Origin: Veleropilina oligotropha
Taxonomy: Eukaryota
DNA length: 64,000 bases
Assembly: GCA_048128005.1 (NCBI GenBank)
Contig: JBEUKZ010000077.1
Span: forward strand, 1 to 64,000
Reading direction: 5' to 3'
Shown here: positions 43,584 through 58,500 of the stretch, piece after piece
Numbering within the stretch: position 1 is the first letter of the stretch
Layout: each line of letters opens with the position of its first letter
Made by a program: the position numbers and the translations under genes
The notes under the pieces: model-generated
The model's database searches: none
The model's input: the letters and a program-made list of their open reading frames with translations, nothing else
Told to the model about the DNA's origin: nothing

Positions 43584-46500
43584 CTGAAATGAAAATAATT
43601 TAAACTAGAATTGTGCCGATGGAGCGGAACGGACAGACTATGGTAAATCTAAATGCCCCTCCTCAATAAATTGGTGGGTCAAAAAAAAAAACAATAATTC
43701 AAAGTCGGCTCTGGTATACCAAAACTGGGAGGGTTTGCCAGTTAAATAGAACATTGCTGACATAACAAAAAAGTTTCTATGAATTAATTTTACACTGCCT
43801 TTGACACGTCTGAGAGAAGATTAACTATTACAATTCGTAAAATGCAGTGATCAAGTAAAACTTTCAATGGAAAAGAATCATTTAAGGCCACCACACACGA
43901 CTGACTTTTATCGCCGTGAATAAACCCTGTACCCCGCACACATCCGATATTTACTGCACGTGTGCACCAGACTTCCGATTAAAATCGGAATGAAGTAATA
44001 CGTAGCTGATCATATGGTAGTTAAAATCCCATTTTTAATAAAATAGCGGCAGCCATATTACTATATTACATATTAGTCGGTTTCACAGATGTTTTTCACA
44101 GAACACCGCACACGCACTGGTCCGATTTCAATCGTACAATTTTTATCGCAAATATTAAGCCAGCTTGATACTTTCCGGGAAAAGTCATACGTTTAAAATC
44201 GCAGGATAATGAGTCCGCACACGCAACGATTTTTACCCCCAAACAGGCTCCGTTAAAAACCGTAAGGCAAACATCGGATGCGTGCGGTGGGTGGCCTTGA
44301 GTGATTCTACAGACTCTTACTTTGCACTGGAACATTTAGTTAGACAACAATATTTGTAGAGTAATTTGGAGATGTTTTTTACATTCGAGTTATTGGGAGA
44401 TATTATGTAACAAATAAGCTACAGTCGTTTATAAACAATCATTGTTCAGTTAACAGTCACAGTTGTTCATAACGGGCGGGTTTTCCCGCATTATGCATTG
44501 ATCAAAACCAAAACAAACGTACTATAATTTAAGGATAACACCACAATTAGTGATATCACTATTATGCCTTTAATACAGTAAGTCAACTATAGGTAAACAG
44601 AATATAACAGGTCTTCAAAACAATTAACAACGCGATTAATTACTCTAAAATCCTTTGCATCGGGTGGACATGAATCGAGATGCAGGATTTCGGACAACAG
44701 AACAGTTTTGCCAGTCTTTGGACAAATGACCGATGTATCAAAGTTGAATGCGGAGTAGAAACCGAAAAATCCTTCCAACAATTCGTCTGAAATAATAAAT
44801 AGTGATTAGTCACATAAAACAACCAAATGTATAGTTCAATAACACAGTTGATTAACATTACCAATTTATTATCATCAACGGTCTACGACGGCATATCATT
44901 TATCGCTGATCAACACACACTAAATTGTCAGCAAAGTGACTTTAAAGGCATCCAAAATGTGTGCCTGGCAAACACAGCAAATCCTTTATAATATAATGTC
45001 TGGAAATAAGAAACTATGCCTTAGTTTTATTAAACTAGCACAGTTTAACTGTCCAAATGTTTCTTCTATTTCATGTTTAAACTAGATATGTTAGCGTGAC
45101 ATGAATACCCTGCTGAAACTATTGCCAGGAAATGAAAAAATTCTTAAGTGTCTAAAGTGACACGGAATTTTACCGTAATCGAACTCCACCTGGATGTTCT
45201 GATCATACACTTGAATACCAAATATAATTGAACTCCACGAATGGCTTTTAGAATATCATCCAAGTGAGTCAATGACCATAACTCTCATAAGTGATGTTGG
45301 AACTTTACCGAAATAGAACTTCACCTAGATATTGTGATCATACACTTGAATACCAAATCTAATATCCGTGATGGCATTCTCAAGTTATCACCAGGAAATA
45401 AAATAATGTTGTAAATGAATCAAGGGCCATATTCCTTACGTGAATTCAAAATCCATGAAGGCATTCTCACATTATTGCCCAGATATGAAAGTACTGACGG
45501 AAGGACATAACAATATTGATACCAATAATTTAGAGTAGATATGCAGGCTACTGAAAATAATTGAAACGAATGATAGCAATGGCCATATAGAAATTGTATC
45601 TCAACCAACCAGGTGTCATAGTGTTCTCTGATGGAGGAATCATACTGGCATCAGTTATGAAGCTGCAGTCCCAACCTTCTATAATCGTTCTGTTGTCACC
45701 TGATCACAGAAAAAGATTTGTCATGGGTAATAGATTATGTTAGAATATAAACTAGTTTCATAAATGTGATATTATTCTATCAGGAGTGTGATGTTCTATT
45801 AATCACATCAGTTTTTTGGTACAAAATGGAACTCAAATTCACTGCTATAAAATAGTGACGTCGACATTATACAATTATGGACTTTTGCGGCGGTAAATAT
45901 GATGTGATATGAACCTAAAAAACTTATATTGACCGAGGCACTAGCCGAGGTCAATATAAGTTTTTTAGGTTCATATCACATCATATTTACCACCACAAAA
46001 GTCCATAACTGTTTTATTATATACTTCAACCACAAACATATTTGTCTTCTAATTTTCAAGGCCGCTTCGGCAGCGCAGTGGGTAAGAGTGTCCACTCTAA
46101 ATTATCTGGCTTGATTCCGCTAATGTGAACAGTAGTGGGTTCAATACCTGGCTGAGGCATTGACATTTGTTCAAGTTATGAATCACAGTTGTCCGTAACT
46201 GGCCAAAGACGGCGAGTTTACCCGGGCGACCGGGGTTTCCTCCCGCGATAACACGGACATGTCCTGCCCTGAACCTCGATGTTGTAAATATACAGGACAT
46301 TAAGCATCATTCCTCCTCCTCAACTTTTACGTTCATGGAAAAACAAAAAAATAATTTTGGATGATCTGAAATGGAAAATCTATCCAGCATCTGAGGAACC
46401 ACCAAATCTATATATGACACCCCCAAGATACACAAGAGCCCGTTAGAAAACGGATTCATCCCCCGCCTTCCGCAATCACTCTGATATAAACTTTAACCAA

Positions 46501-49500
46501 AATTTGTATGTCTAAACACATCAAGTTTCTTCAATATTTATACAAAATAATATTCAATATCATTGCTAGAGTAAAAGGTGGTATCAATATAAGTATCACC
46601 GAAGAATATGTATGCAATAATGGAACAGAAAGAAAATTCACTCAACATTACCAAAATTTCTATGTCCACAAACACTAATTTCACAGGTTATTTATATTAT
46701 AAATCACTTGCAGATGAGGGAGCAGCATCAATATAGTCAACACTAAAGTATATGGATGGAAAACAGTGCCTAGAACACCCATATGCCCACTGAAAAAATT
46801 AAACAAAACTTTAACCAAAATTTTGATGTCCACAGACACCTATTTTTATGCAATAATGATATTAAATTAACTCAACAAAGATGAGCCGACTGGAGTCCAT
46901 TACAACAAACCGGAACACTCATTCCGCAATATGGTATTCGACATAATCGAAATTGTAAACTGCGACCCCAGTCTCCCAGAGGCATTAACTCTGCGGAATA
47001 AACGAGAACAGTACTGGATCTTCCAACTGCACACCCTAAAACCAGTCGGTCTAAACTGCTTCGATCTAACCGGAGACTAGTATCCCTACTTGTTCTTAAA
47101 TCTTTCTTTAGTGAAATTAGTCTCCGGATAGATCGAATGCGGTGCCGCGCACTAACTGACATTTTATTGTCCCGGATTCACTTATGAATCCATGACGTCA
47201 CACGTACCATTAGTCTGTGACGTCACGTCACACGTCATCATTATGTTCCCGAGAGCAATCATATTGCCTTCTTATTTCTTTTCGCTTCCAGTCGAGTTTG
47301 TCATGTTCTCCTGTAATATCTGCGACCGGACATACAAATGTCGGAGTTCCTTATATCGACATCAACAAATACATAGAAAAATATCTTTCATTTGTGAATT
47401 TTGTCGTTATCCATTCACCCGAAGTGACAGCAGGATAGATCACCTCCTCACTGCACACTCAACTCGAACAGTTCGCGCCCACACAACTGGTACCACTATC
47501 CCAGTTGCGAACGCAACGACCCATGTACAACCGGACATCACACCAACGATCGCGACCGGATCGGACGCACCGGTACATGTTTTAGAATCACCATCTCCGT
47601 ACTCCTCACCTAAAGCGTCCGCCCCTGAAGCCGACATTTCGACTTCATTTCTGGATCTTTTAACTGAGAACAATATCATTATCTGTCCCGATACTGAGGA
47701 GCTGCCATCCGACCACGCCCGACAGAATTCTATCGAGCCGAACAATTTCGACTTCATAGAATCCATCATTTCGGATGCTAAGCATCGTTTCACCGCACCG
47801 CAGATGTTACAACCAAATGGAAGCACGAGTCCATTTATCAATGCCACGGACAATTTAAACACGTTACCGACAATATGGCAGTGGAGAGGACACACACCAT
47901 TGGAAGGAACACATCGTTCCCTACAATCTATGACTAAGAACATACGATCTGCTATTGCTGTTAGCAAATTTATAGCAAAAAATCTGAAATAATATATTTC
48001 ACATAAATAAACCGAACATACAATTTGAGTTTATGTGTCTCCCTTTATTATTTAAATACATAAAAGTTAACATATAACATTTGTATTTTCTCGCTATACA
48101 GGGAGGGATACTTGCAATACAATTATTGCATCATTATCACACAGTGTTATCCCTTGTTTATCTTTGATAAAGCCGCTTTTATACAGGTATATAAAATGCA
48201 TATATCATGGAATTTCCGCAGTAAATACCGGATACATACCGGATATATACCGGATCCACCGGATACATACTGGATACACACTGGATACACACCGGATACA
48301 CACTGGATACATACCGGATACACACTGGATATACCGGATACACACCAAACACACCGGACACATACCGGATACACCACTGGAAGGGTATAAATAGACCTCC
48401 ATTATCTAAACTCTCATTTTCCTCTGATGAAGATACATCTAGTATCAAAACCGGTCAGGACAACCCAGGCGCACCCCGGGAGACTTTAACATTGACTTAC
48501 ATAATAAGATTTCAAACAAAAAGTGGCTTCATTTCCTTGAAAATTATAACCCGACACAAATGATTAACGAACCAACAAGAGTAACATCTAACACAACAAG
48601 AGATCAAGCGAACTCGATATACGCCCGTATGAAAGGTATTAGTTTGAGAGCAAAATATGTGATATGACAAATAGCCTGTGGCAAAGATATAAGAGCTGAA
48701 TGTTATTTAATATATACTTGGGATGGGCAACTCTGATTTAAACCTTGCAACATTTCATATATATAGATATATACCAGCAATAAATGAAAACAGTATTCTG
48801 TGTTGCAAACAATTTTATTTATGCAAAATATATCTCACTCATTTGTTATCCTAATTTGGGATACATCTGAAGTCCTATCAATAGCTGGACATATCCCACG
48901 ACAATAATTGGCATTGGACATTCGAGCACAGACTTTTTGTTGCTGTATGTTAAAGAAAACAAGGCATAAAGAAAGTCGACACTTGTGTCAATATCGTCAG
49001 TGCTATGGAGAAGGAAATGGACATAAAAATGGAACTCTGTTTCAGGGACTATTTTTCCATGTCCCAAAGGATAATGGGGCTGGAGAAGAATGCAACATAT
49101 CTGAAACAGGAAATCTGTGACCTACGACACCAATTGCAGGGTTCAGGCGCCACTGGGAGTAGTCTCCCAAATTGTGACGACACCTCAGCGGATACCTTGG
49201 ACAAACGGACGGACAGATAGACAGACAGGTGATGTCAGACCATAAATTTGGTATGCAACACTCCGTCTCCACCTGGTGTATACATTCACCAAAAATTATT
49301 GCTGTAAGTTCAAAACTATGAAAAATAGCCTGCACAACAAAAAAGACGAACGGATGAACAGACGGACAGACAGCGCTATACCACAAATTTGGTGCCTAAC
49401 ACACCATCTTCACCTGGTGTGTACATCCACCAAAAAATATTGATGCAAGTTAAAAACTGTATAAGATATAACCCGGACAAAATGTGGATGAACAAAAAAA

Positions 49501-52500
49501 AAGACAAACGGACGAACAGACGGACTGACAGATGGCGCAATACCATAAATTAGGTACTCTGCACACCATCTTCACCTGGTGTATACATCCACCTAAAATT
49601 ATTGCTGTAAGTTAAAAACTGTATGAGATATATCCCGGACAACAAGTGGATGGACGAAAAAAAAGACAAACGGACGGACAGATAGACAGACGGGTGATGT
49701 CAGACCATAAATTTGGTACGCGACACTCCGTCTCCACCTGGTGTACACATTCACCAAAAATTATTGCTGTAAGTTCAAAACTGTATGAGATATAGCCTGG
49801 ACAACAAAAAAGACAAACGGACGAACAGACGGACTGACAGATGGCGCAATACCATAAATTAGGTACTCTGCACGCCATCTCCACCTGGTGAATACATCCA
49901 CCAAAAATTGTAGTTGTAGGTTAAAAACTGTTAGAGATATAGCCCGGACAAGCGGACGGACGGACGGACGGACGGACGGAAGGACAGCGCCATACTATAA
50001 TACGTTCCGTTTTTCAAACGGGCGTATAAAAACCCTTATTGACCATGTATATATATGTAAGCCACCCTGAAAATATTATTGAAACTGTGGTACCTCACTA
50101 TGCAGTGAGCGACCATTATCCTGTGTCTATCACACATTCACTTGGCCACAGGCAAATTACAAGAGCTCATCATATCACAATGTCATATAGATCTTTCAAA
50201 AAATTTGAAAGTGTTAAGTTTCAAAATGAATTACAAAATGCTGCATTTCATCAGATAAGATCACTTGAAGATCCAAATGATGCCTTGCATGCTTTCACAA
50301 CTATATTCACCGATGTATTAATCCGCCATGCTCCCAAGAAATTAAAACGTGTGAAACATTATAAACAACCTGACTGGTACAATGATGAAATAAGCAATGC
50401 TCGTAAGGAAAGAGATTACTGGCACAAGAAAAGAGACATGGTAAAATACAGAGTTTGGCGGAATAAATGTAAACAATCGATAATGCAAAAAAGGTATACA
50501 TTGAAGATGCTGTTTTAAAAAATAAAGATACAGCAAATTTATGGAGGTATTTCAATGATATGCATCCAAAACAGGCCTCAAGCATACCCACAGAAATAAA
50601 AGTGAAAGATGAAGTAAAAACTGAGCTTAAAGATATAATCACTGTAATCAATAAATACTTTGCAACATGTGCAGAAGAATTTAAAGTAAATGAAAGTAAG
50701 GAAGTAAATTTTGAGTTATTATCAGATTTTATAAAAAATAAACTAGGAACACAAGACAATGTTCAATTTGACATAGCATACATAACTGAATATGATGTTT
50801 ATCAAATGCTTCAAAATCTGGATACCAATAAATCATCTGGATTAGATGAAATTGGTCCCAAGATCTTAAAGATGTCAGCAGAACAAATAGCACTACATTT
50901 AACATATATAACAAATGAAAGCATAAGGCTTGGTGTATTTCCAAATCAACTTAAGCATGCAAGAATCACACCTCTTCATAAAGGAGGGTCTAAAGATCTT
51001 CCAGAAAATTACAGGCCCATATCTATACTTCCAACTTTATCAAAAATATTTGAAAAACATGTTTCAAAACAACTCTACAAGTTCCTATCTGATTTTCAGC
51101 TGATTCATAAGAGCCAATCTGGATTTCGAGCTAAACATTCTTGCCAAACAGCTTTAACATATTTAACAGATAAATGGCTCCAATCTCTAGACAATGGAGA
51201 ACTAATTGGCACTCTATTTCTTGATTTTAAAAAGGCTTTTGATTTAGTTGATCATGCAATTTTACTGGATAAACTAAAAATCTATAAATGTTCACGAGCA
51301 TCAGTAGATTGGATTGAATCTTATTTAGAGGAAAGGACACAGAGAATTTGCATTGGCAATACTAAATCTGAAGCAGAAATTGTGAAATATGGTGTACTGC
51401 AAGGGTCCATATTAGGTCCACTATTATTTATTATATTTATAAATGATCTGCCATTATATACAAATAACACTGAAACTGATATATATATGCCGATGATACA
51501 ACACTACATGCTCAAGGCAAAACACTTGATATTATCCAGACTTATCTACAGTGTGATTTAAATAGCATTGATTTATGGTGCAGGGAAAATGAGATGAAGC
51601 TTAACATAAATAAAACATCTTGTATGGTAATTGGGTCAAAGCAGAAGTTAGCATTATTGAATGATTTAAAACTGGACCTTAATGATGAATGTATAAAATT
51701 AGTTGAACACAGTAAACTATTAGGTATACATATCGATAAAAATTTAAACTGGGATCTTCAAATAGATCATATATGTGCAGCTGTGTCATCCCGTTTGTCT
51801 TTACTAAACAGAATTAAAAAGCATCTTCCAATGAAAGCCAGAAAATTGTATTTCACTTCCTATGTTCTCCAACTAATTGATTACTGTTCAACAGTATGGG
51901 GATCATGTTCTCTTTACAATATTGAAAGGGTGAATAAATTACAAAAACGTGCCGCCAGAATAATATTAGATGCTGAAAAAATGACTCCATCTCTGCAAAT
52001 GTTTAAAAAACTAAATTGGCTGCCTGTAAAACAGACGAGCGATTACCACCAGTATATTCTTGTTTAAAAAAGTTTAAATGGTCATGCTCCAGAATATCTG
52101 CAAGAAAGCATAATCCCACTTGCACACACCCAAAATCGCAATCTGAGGTCTGTTACAAATATGGAGCTAACAGTGCCTTTTCCTAGGACAAACTATATGA
52201 AAAGATCATTTTCTTATAAAGGACCTATGTTATGGAATAAATTGCCCACTACTGTAAGAAATAAATCAACATTATTTCAATTTAAAAATGCATGTTTTGA
52301 CTATATTTTTCAGAATACATTTAGCACAGATTTATGATTGACATTATAATACTGACTGTCATTTCTTGTCAATTCTATTAGCATGATGTCAGTTTTACAT
52401 GGTGTATATATATTGTATATATTTTATTTCTATTTTATTTTAATGCTTATAGTTTTGAGGGCCTTATGGGAGATTAGCTACATTGTAGCTAAATAAGTTA

Positions 52501-55500
52501 CCTTCTTGAAATAAAGTATATTATTATTATTATTATTATCAATTTTAAGTAAAAAATACCTACAAGAAATATACCACAATAAACTCTAGTTTGCTAAGTT
52601 CAAAATGTAATTTTCCAAAACAATTGGCAATTATTTAACAATATAATAGTAATCAACTGCATATTAACATAAAAATTAACAATGTATCGCAGTATGCCAA
52701 TGTGTTAAATCATCAGAAAATGAAGCAAAACGAACCGTTTTGTCAACAATTGTGATCGTCTGCAACAGACATCAGCTCGACTGCTCGTGCACTTCGATGA
52801 AATTCGACATATAAAGGGACGTGCCGTAAATCATATTTCGAAAGTTCATATTGACCAGAAAACTATACATGTGGATAGGATCCGCCCAATGAGAGTGCGT
52901 TTATTTATAAAATATATAATATTATTATATACTATATAAATAAACGCACTATCATTGGCCGAATCCTATACACGTGACTAGTCCATAAATATCATATTGA
53001 CCATTTTTGGGGTCAATATGAAAGAAATTGGTGAATATGAACTTTCCAAATATGGTTTGCGGAATGCCCCTTTATATGTCGATTTCCATCGAATTGCACG
53101 TGCGACTCGAGCTGATGTCAGTTGCAGACGACCACAATTGCTGACACATTTGATACGACGGGTCGTTTTGCTTCATTTTCTGAGGATTAAACACATTGAC
53201 ATACTGCAATATATTGTTTATTATTATATTAATATGCAGTTCATTACTATTTTATTGTTAAATAATTGCCAATTGTTTTGGAATATCGCATTTTGAACTT
53301 TGCAAACTATAGTTTAGTGTGGTATATTTCTTGTTGACATAATGGAACTTTTAATTGACAATTAGATTTAGAGAACAGATATGTTTGCGGTTGAAGTATA
53401 TAATAAAACAGTTATGGACTTTTGTGGTGGTGAATATGATGTACAGTACTATGAACCTAAAAAACTGATATCGCCTTGATCAATATAAGCTTTTTAGGTT
53501 CATATCACATCATATTCACCACCACAAAAGTCCATAACTGTATAATATGGCATATTGTAATGAAAAGGATATCATATTCACTCATTGCAAAATATAATGA
53601 AAATATCTTCCTAATACAATGTTTACAAGTTTGTAGAAGAACAAATAATGATTAACAAGCCATATGTGAAGACGAATCATAACACTTTATATGGGATCAA
53701 TAAGAAACAGTAATGAATACCAGTTGTGTTTAAAATTTAAAATGGAAACCCCATCATCTATGTGCGACCCGTTATCATCTATTAAAATTTGGATCCCGTT
53801 GGATTGAAATCATTTCTATATAAGACAATTATTGGGATGGCGTTTCATGATATGTGTTTTCATTGAATGTTTTAACGTTCTCTTTTAACGTTCATCAAAT
53901 CACATTTCAAGCAGGTTTATTACACACGACTACTACGATGCATAATACACACCGATGTGATGATGAATTGATGTTTAACGACCACGCCAACAGTATATAA
54001 GTTATAAATCGGGTCAATCAAGTTTGAATGATGAGATGAATTGGTGCTGTTCAATGGAGGCAGCGATTATTGGAAAAATCCCCGGCACTCCAAGGGCTTG
54101 AACCCATGACCTCCCGTTTAGTAGACCAGCACCGTATCCACTCGTCCATGCTTCCCCCCCCCCCACACTGATGTGATATGTCATGTGATATATAGTCATC
54201 ACATTGACCTTGAGTCCCATTAAAAGTATAATTATTGTGCTGGTGTATCAGATGTACTTACCACACATCTCTGCTAGTGCCTGCTCTGCTGCTGGTGTAT
54301 CAGATGTACTTACCACACAGCTCTGCTAGTGCCTGCACTGCTGCTGGTGTATCAGATGTACTTACCACACAGCTCTGCTAGTGCCTGCACTGCTGCTGGT
54401 GTATCAGATGTACTTACCACACAGCTCTGCTAGTGCCTGCACTGCAGGCAGCACTGGCGGCTGAGCGTTCTGCAGGTAGAAGACGACCAGCATGGTCAGT
54501 GCGTAGTTGGTCAGCCGAGGGCCGGAGTTGGGGTTTGTCGCTACCTGTTTCTCTTTGCCCCAGTGGCGAATGGCATGAACAAGCAGCCTCACTCTGGCAT
54601 CCAAACTGCTGAACTGATTTAACAGGTTGGAGTTTTGCAAGGCTAACCTGGAATTAAATATATATGATTTCAAAAATATTTCAAAGATATTGATTGAAAA
54701 ATTACATATATGTTTAATAGTAATTTCACTATCATAAAGCACATTGATATATTTTATTTCCAAAGATAAACTTTGGGGATGCAGTAGTAAGAGAAAAATC
54801 CCCATCCCCTAGCACTCACTCCACTAGCACTCACTCCACTAGCAATCACTCCACTAGCACTCACTCCAATAGCACTCACTCCACTAGCACTCACTCCAAT
54901 AGCACTCTCCACTAGCACTCACTCCACTAGCACTCACTCCACTAGCACTCACTCCACTAGCACTCACTCCACTAGCACTCACTCCACTAGCACTCACTCC
55001 ACTAGCACTCACTCCACTAGCACTCACTCCACTAGCACTCACTCCAATAGCACTCAATCCAATAGCACTCACTCCACTAGCACTCACTCCAATAGCACTC
55101 TCCACTAGCACTCACTCCACTAGCACTCACTCCACTAGCACTCACTCCACTAGCACTCACTCCACTAGCACTCACTCCACTAGCACTCGCTCCAATAGCA
55201 CTCAATCCAATAGCACTCACTCCACTACCACTCACTCCACTTGATAAAACCTCAGTGGAAGACCCTTTCGATTTATCAGTCACGATTGTCTATGCACAAC
55301 CAATGCCAGTACATTTACTGATCATTCTAGATTTTTCCCTACATTAAATATATATGCATATTGACTGAAAAAATGAACTCCTATTATCTGCATCTATTAA
55401 AAAGCTAAATACCTTCAAATTAGAGGCAACTACATACACTAGGTCAAATTATAAGGCACCACATGGGGCCAATTCATCACTTCCTTTTACGTTCATATTA

Positions 55501-58500
55501 AGAAATTCATAAACATGTTTCTAAGTGTGGTCACCCTACATTATGATGACTTAAATTGATGCGCTAAATCATTATCACACATCGTTAACCTGTAACCCAC
55601 ATCATTATCACACATCCTTAACCTGTAACCCACATCATTATCACACATCCTTAACCTGTAACCCACATCATTATCACACATCCTTAACCTGTAACCCACA
55701 TCATTATCACACATCGTTAACCTGTAACCCACATCATTATCACACATCCTTAACCTGTAACCCACATCATTATCACACATCCTTAACCTGTAACCCACAT
55801 CATTATCACACATCCTTAACCTGTAACCCACATAATTATCGCACATCCTTAACCTGTAACCCACATCATTATCACACAATATAGTTTACACACTATTAAC
55901 ATTGTGCATTAACCAGTATTACTGTAACATTCCAGTTCACATATTACGGTTGCCACAACACAGAATAAAACACAACGCCACCCAGTTGTTGACAGACACA
56001 CATCTACACAACACCCCCCAGTTGTTGACAGACACACATCTACACAACGCCACCCAGTTGTTGACAGACACACATCTACACAACGCCCCCCAGTTGTTGA
56101 CAGACACACATCTACACAACGCCCCCCAGTTGTTGACAGACACACATCTACACAACGCCACCCAGTTGTTGACAGACACACATCTACACAACGCCACCCA
56201 GTTGTTGACAGACACACATCTACACAACGCCCCCCAGTTGTTGACAGACACACATCTACACAATGCCACCCAGTTGTTGACAGACACACATCTACACAAC
56301 GCCACCCAGTTGTTGACAGACACACATCTACACAACGCCACCCAGTTGTTGACAGACACACATCTACACAATGCCACCCAGTTGTTGACAGACACACATC
56401 TACACAACGCCACCCAGTTGTTGACAGACACACATCTACTAATGCTGATGACTTCACATACCTGTTGTTGATGGACAGGTCACATTTGAGGCCGGTCAGT
56501 TGATGGACGAATCTGACCACCGGGCAACGGGGACTGGGTATGGTCATCAGCTCGTTACACCCGGACACTCGATCGCACAGAATGCGCGACAGCAGCTTGA
56601 CCTTGTCATACAGCGCCATCTGCCGGATGTCAGCAGCAGATATAGGACCAGTTTTCTTCCGCAATGATTTTATGTCTTTGATAAAAGGCCAACGAACGTT
56701 CCTTGGTTGTGGCACTGGTACCTACATTGAGAATTTAGTGTTCAAGAGTTACAACAAACCCATCAAGTTCCTGAGTGTGTTCTGTACAAAATGAATGCTT
56801 CAAGAGTATATATATATATATATAGAGTATATACCACATTGCAAAAAGTGACAATATCTTTGACTACATGCATGTGGAACTACATGAACCGAAATAAGTG
56901 GAATCCCCTTTATTATTATCAATTATCAATCAAGAACGTCTTATAATGTTTCACTAGCCCAATTGTGATACCCATTCCCCGCGGTCTGATCTGCAATGTC
57001 TCACTAGCCCAATTGTGATACCCATTCCCTGCGGTCTGATCTGCAATGTTTCACTAGCCCAATTGTGATACCCATTCCCCGCGGTCTGATCTGCAATGTT
57101 TCACTAGCCCGATTGTGATACCCATTCCCCGCGGTCTGATCTGCAATGTTTCACTAGCCCAATTGTGATACCCATTCCCCGCGGTCTGATCTGCAATGTT
57201 TCACTAGCCCAATTGTGATACCCATTCCCCGCGGTCTGATTTGCAATGTTTCACAAGCCCAATTTGTGATACCCATTCCCTGCGGTCTGATCTGCAATGT
57301 TTCACTAGCCCAATTGTGATACCCATTCCCCGCGGTCTGATTTATAATGTTTCACTAGCCCAATTGTGATACACATTCCCCGCGGTCTGATCTGCAATGT
57401 TTCACTACCCCAATTGTGATACCCATTCCCCGCGGTCTGATCTGCAATGTTTCACTAGCCCAATTGTGATACACATTCCCCGCGGTCTGATCTGCAATGT
57501 TTCACTAGCCCAATTGTGATACCCATTCCCCGCGGTCTGATTTGCAATGTTTCACTAGCCCAATTGTGATACCCATTCCCCGCGGTCTGATTTGCAATGT
57601 TTCACTAGCCCAATTGTGATACCCATTCCCCGCGGTCTGATCTGCAATGTCTCACTAGCCCAATTGTGATACCCATTCCCTGCGGTCTGATCTGCAATGT
57701 TTCACTAGCCCAATTGTGATACCCATTCCCCGCGGTCTGATCTGCAATGTTTCACTAGCCCGATTGTGATACCCATTCCCCGCGGTCTGATCTGCAATGT
57801 TTCACTAGCCCAATTGTGATACCCATTCCCCGCGGTCTGATCTGCAATGTTTCACTAGCCCAATTGTGATACACATTCCCCGCGGTCTGATCTGCAATGT
57901 TTCACTAGCCCAATTGTGATACCCATTCCCCGCGGTCTGATTTGCAATGTTTCACAAGCCCAATTTGTGATACCCATTCCCTGCGGTCTGATCTGCAATG
58001 TTTCACTAGCCCAATTGTGATACCCATTCCCCGCGGTCTGATTTATAATGTTTCACTAGCCCAATTGTGATACACATTCCCCGCGGTCTGATCTGCAATG
58101 TTTCACTACCCCAATTGTGATACCCATTCCCCGCGGTCTGATTTGCAATGTTTCACTAGCCCAATTGTGATACCCATGCCCCGCGGTCTGATCTGCAATG
58201 TTTCACTAGCCCGATTGTGATACCCATTCCCCGCGGTCTGATTTGCAATGTTTCACTAGCCCAGTTGTGATACCCATTCCCCGCGGTCTGATTTACAATG
58301 TTTCACTAGCCCGATTGTGATACCCATTCCCCGCAGTCTGATCTGCAATGTTTCACTAGCCCAGTTGTGATATCCATTCCCCGCGGTCTGATTTGCAATG
58401 TTTCACTAGCCCAATTGTGATACCCATTCCCCGCGGTCTGATCTGCAATGTTTCACTAGCCCAGTTGTGATACCCATTCCCCGCGGTCTGATTTATAATG

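Noticed and set aside
50560..52067. Active reverse transcriptase gene
   Set aside because: 5'-truncated, with frameshifts (including in YADD) and a premature stop
54070..54158. tRNA gene
   Set aside because: A and B boxes are present but there is no convincing acceptor stem; it continues into a SINE-like body
55909..56461. Cys-rich extension of the TUT1 exon ORF
   Set aside because: Read-through past the AG|GTATGT donor into a 36-bp repeat
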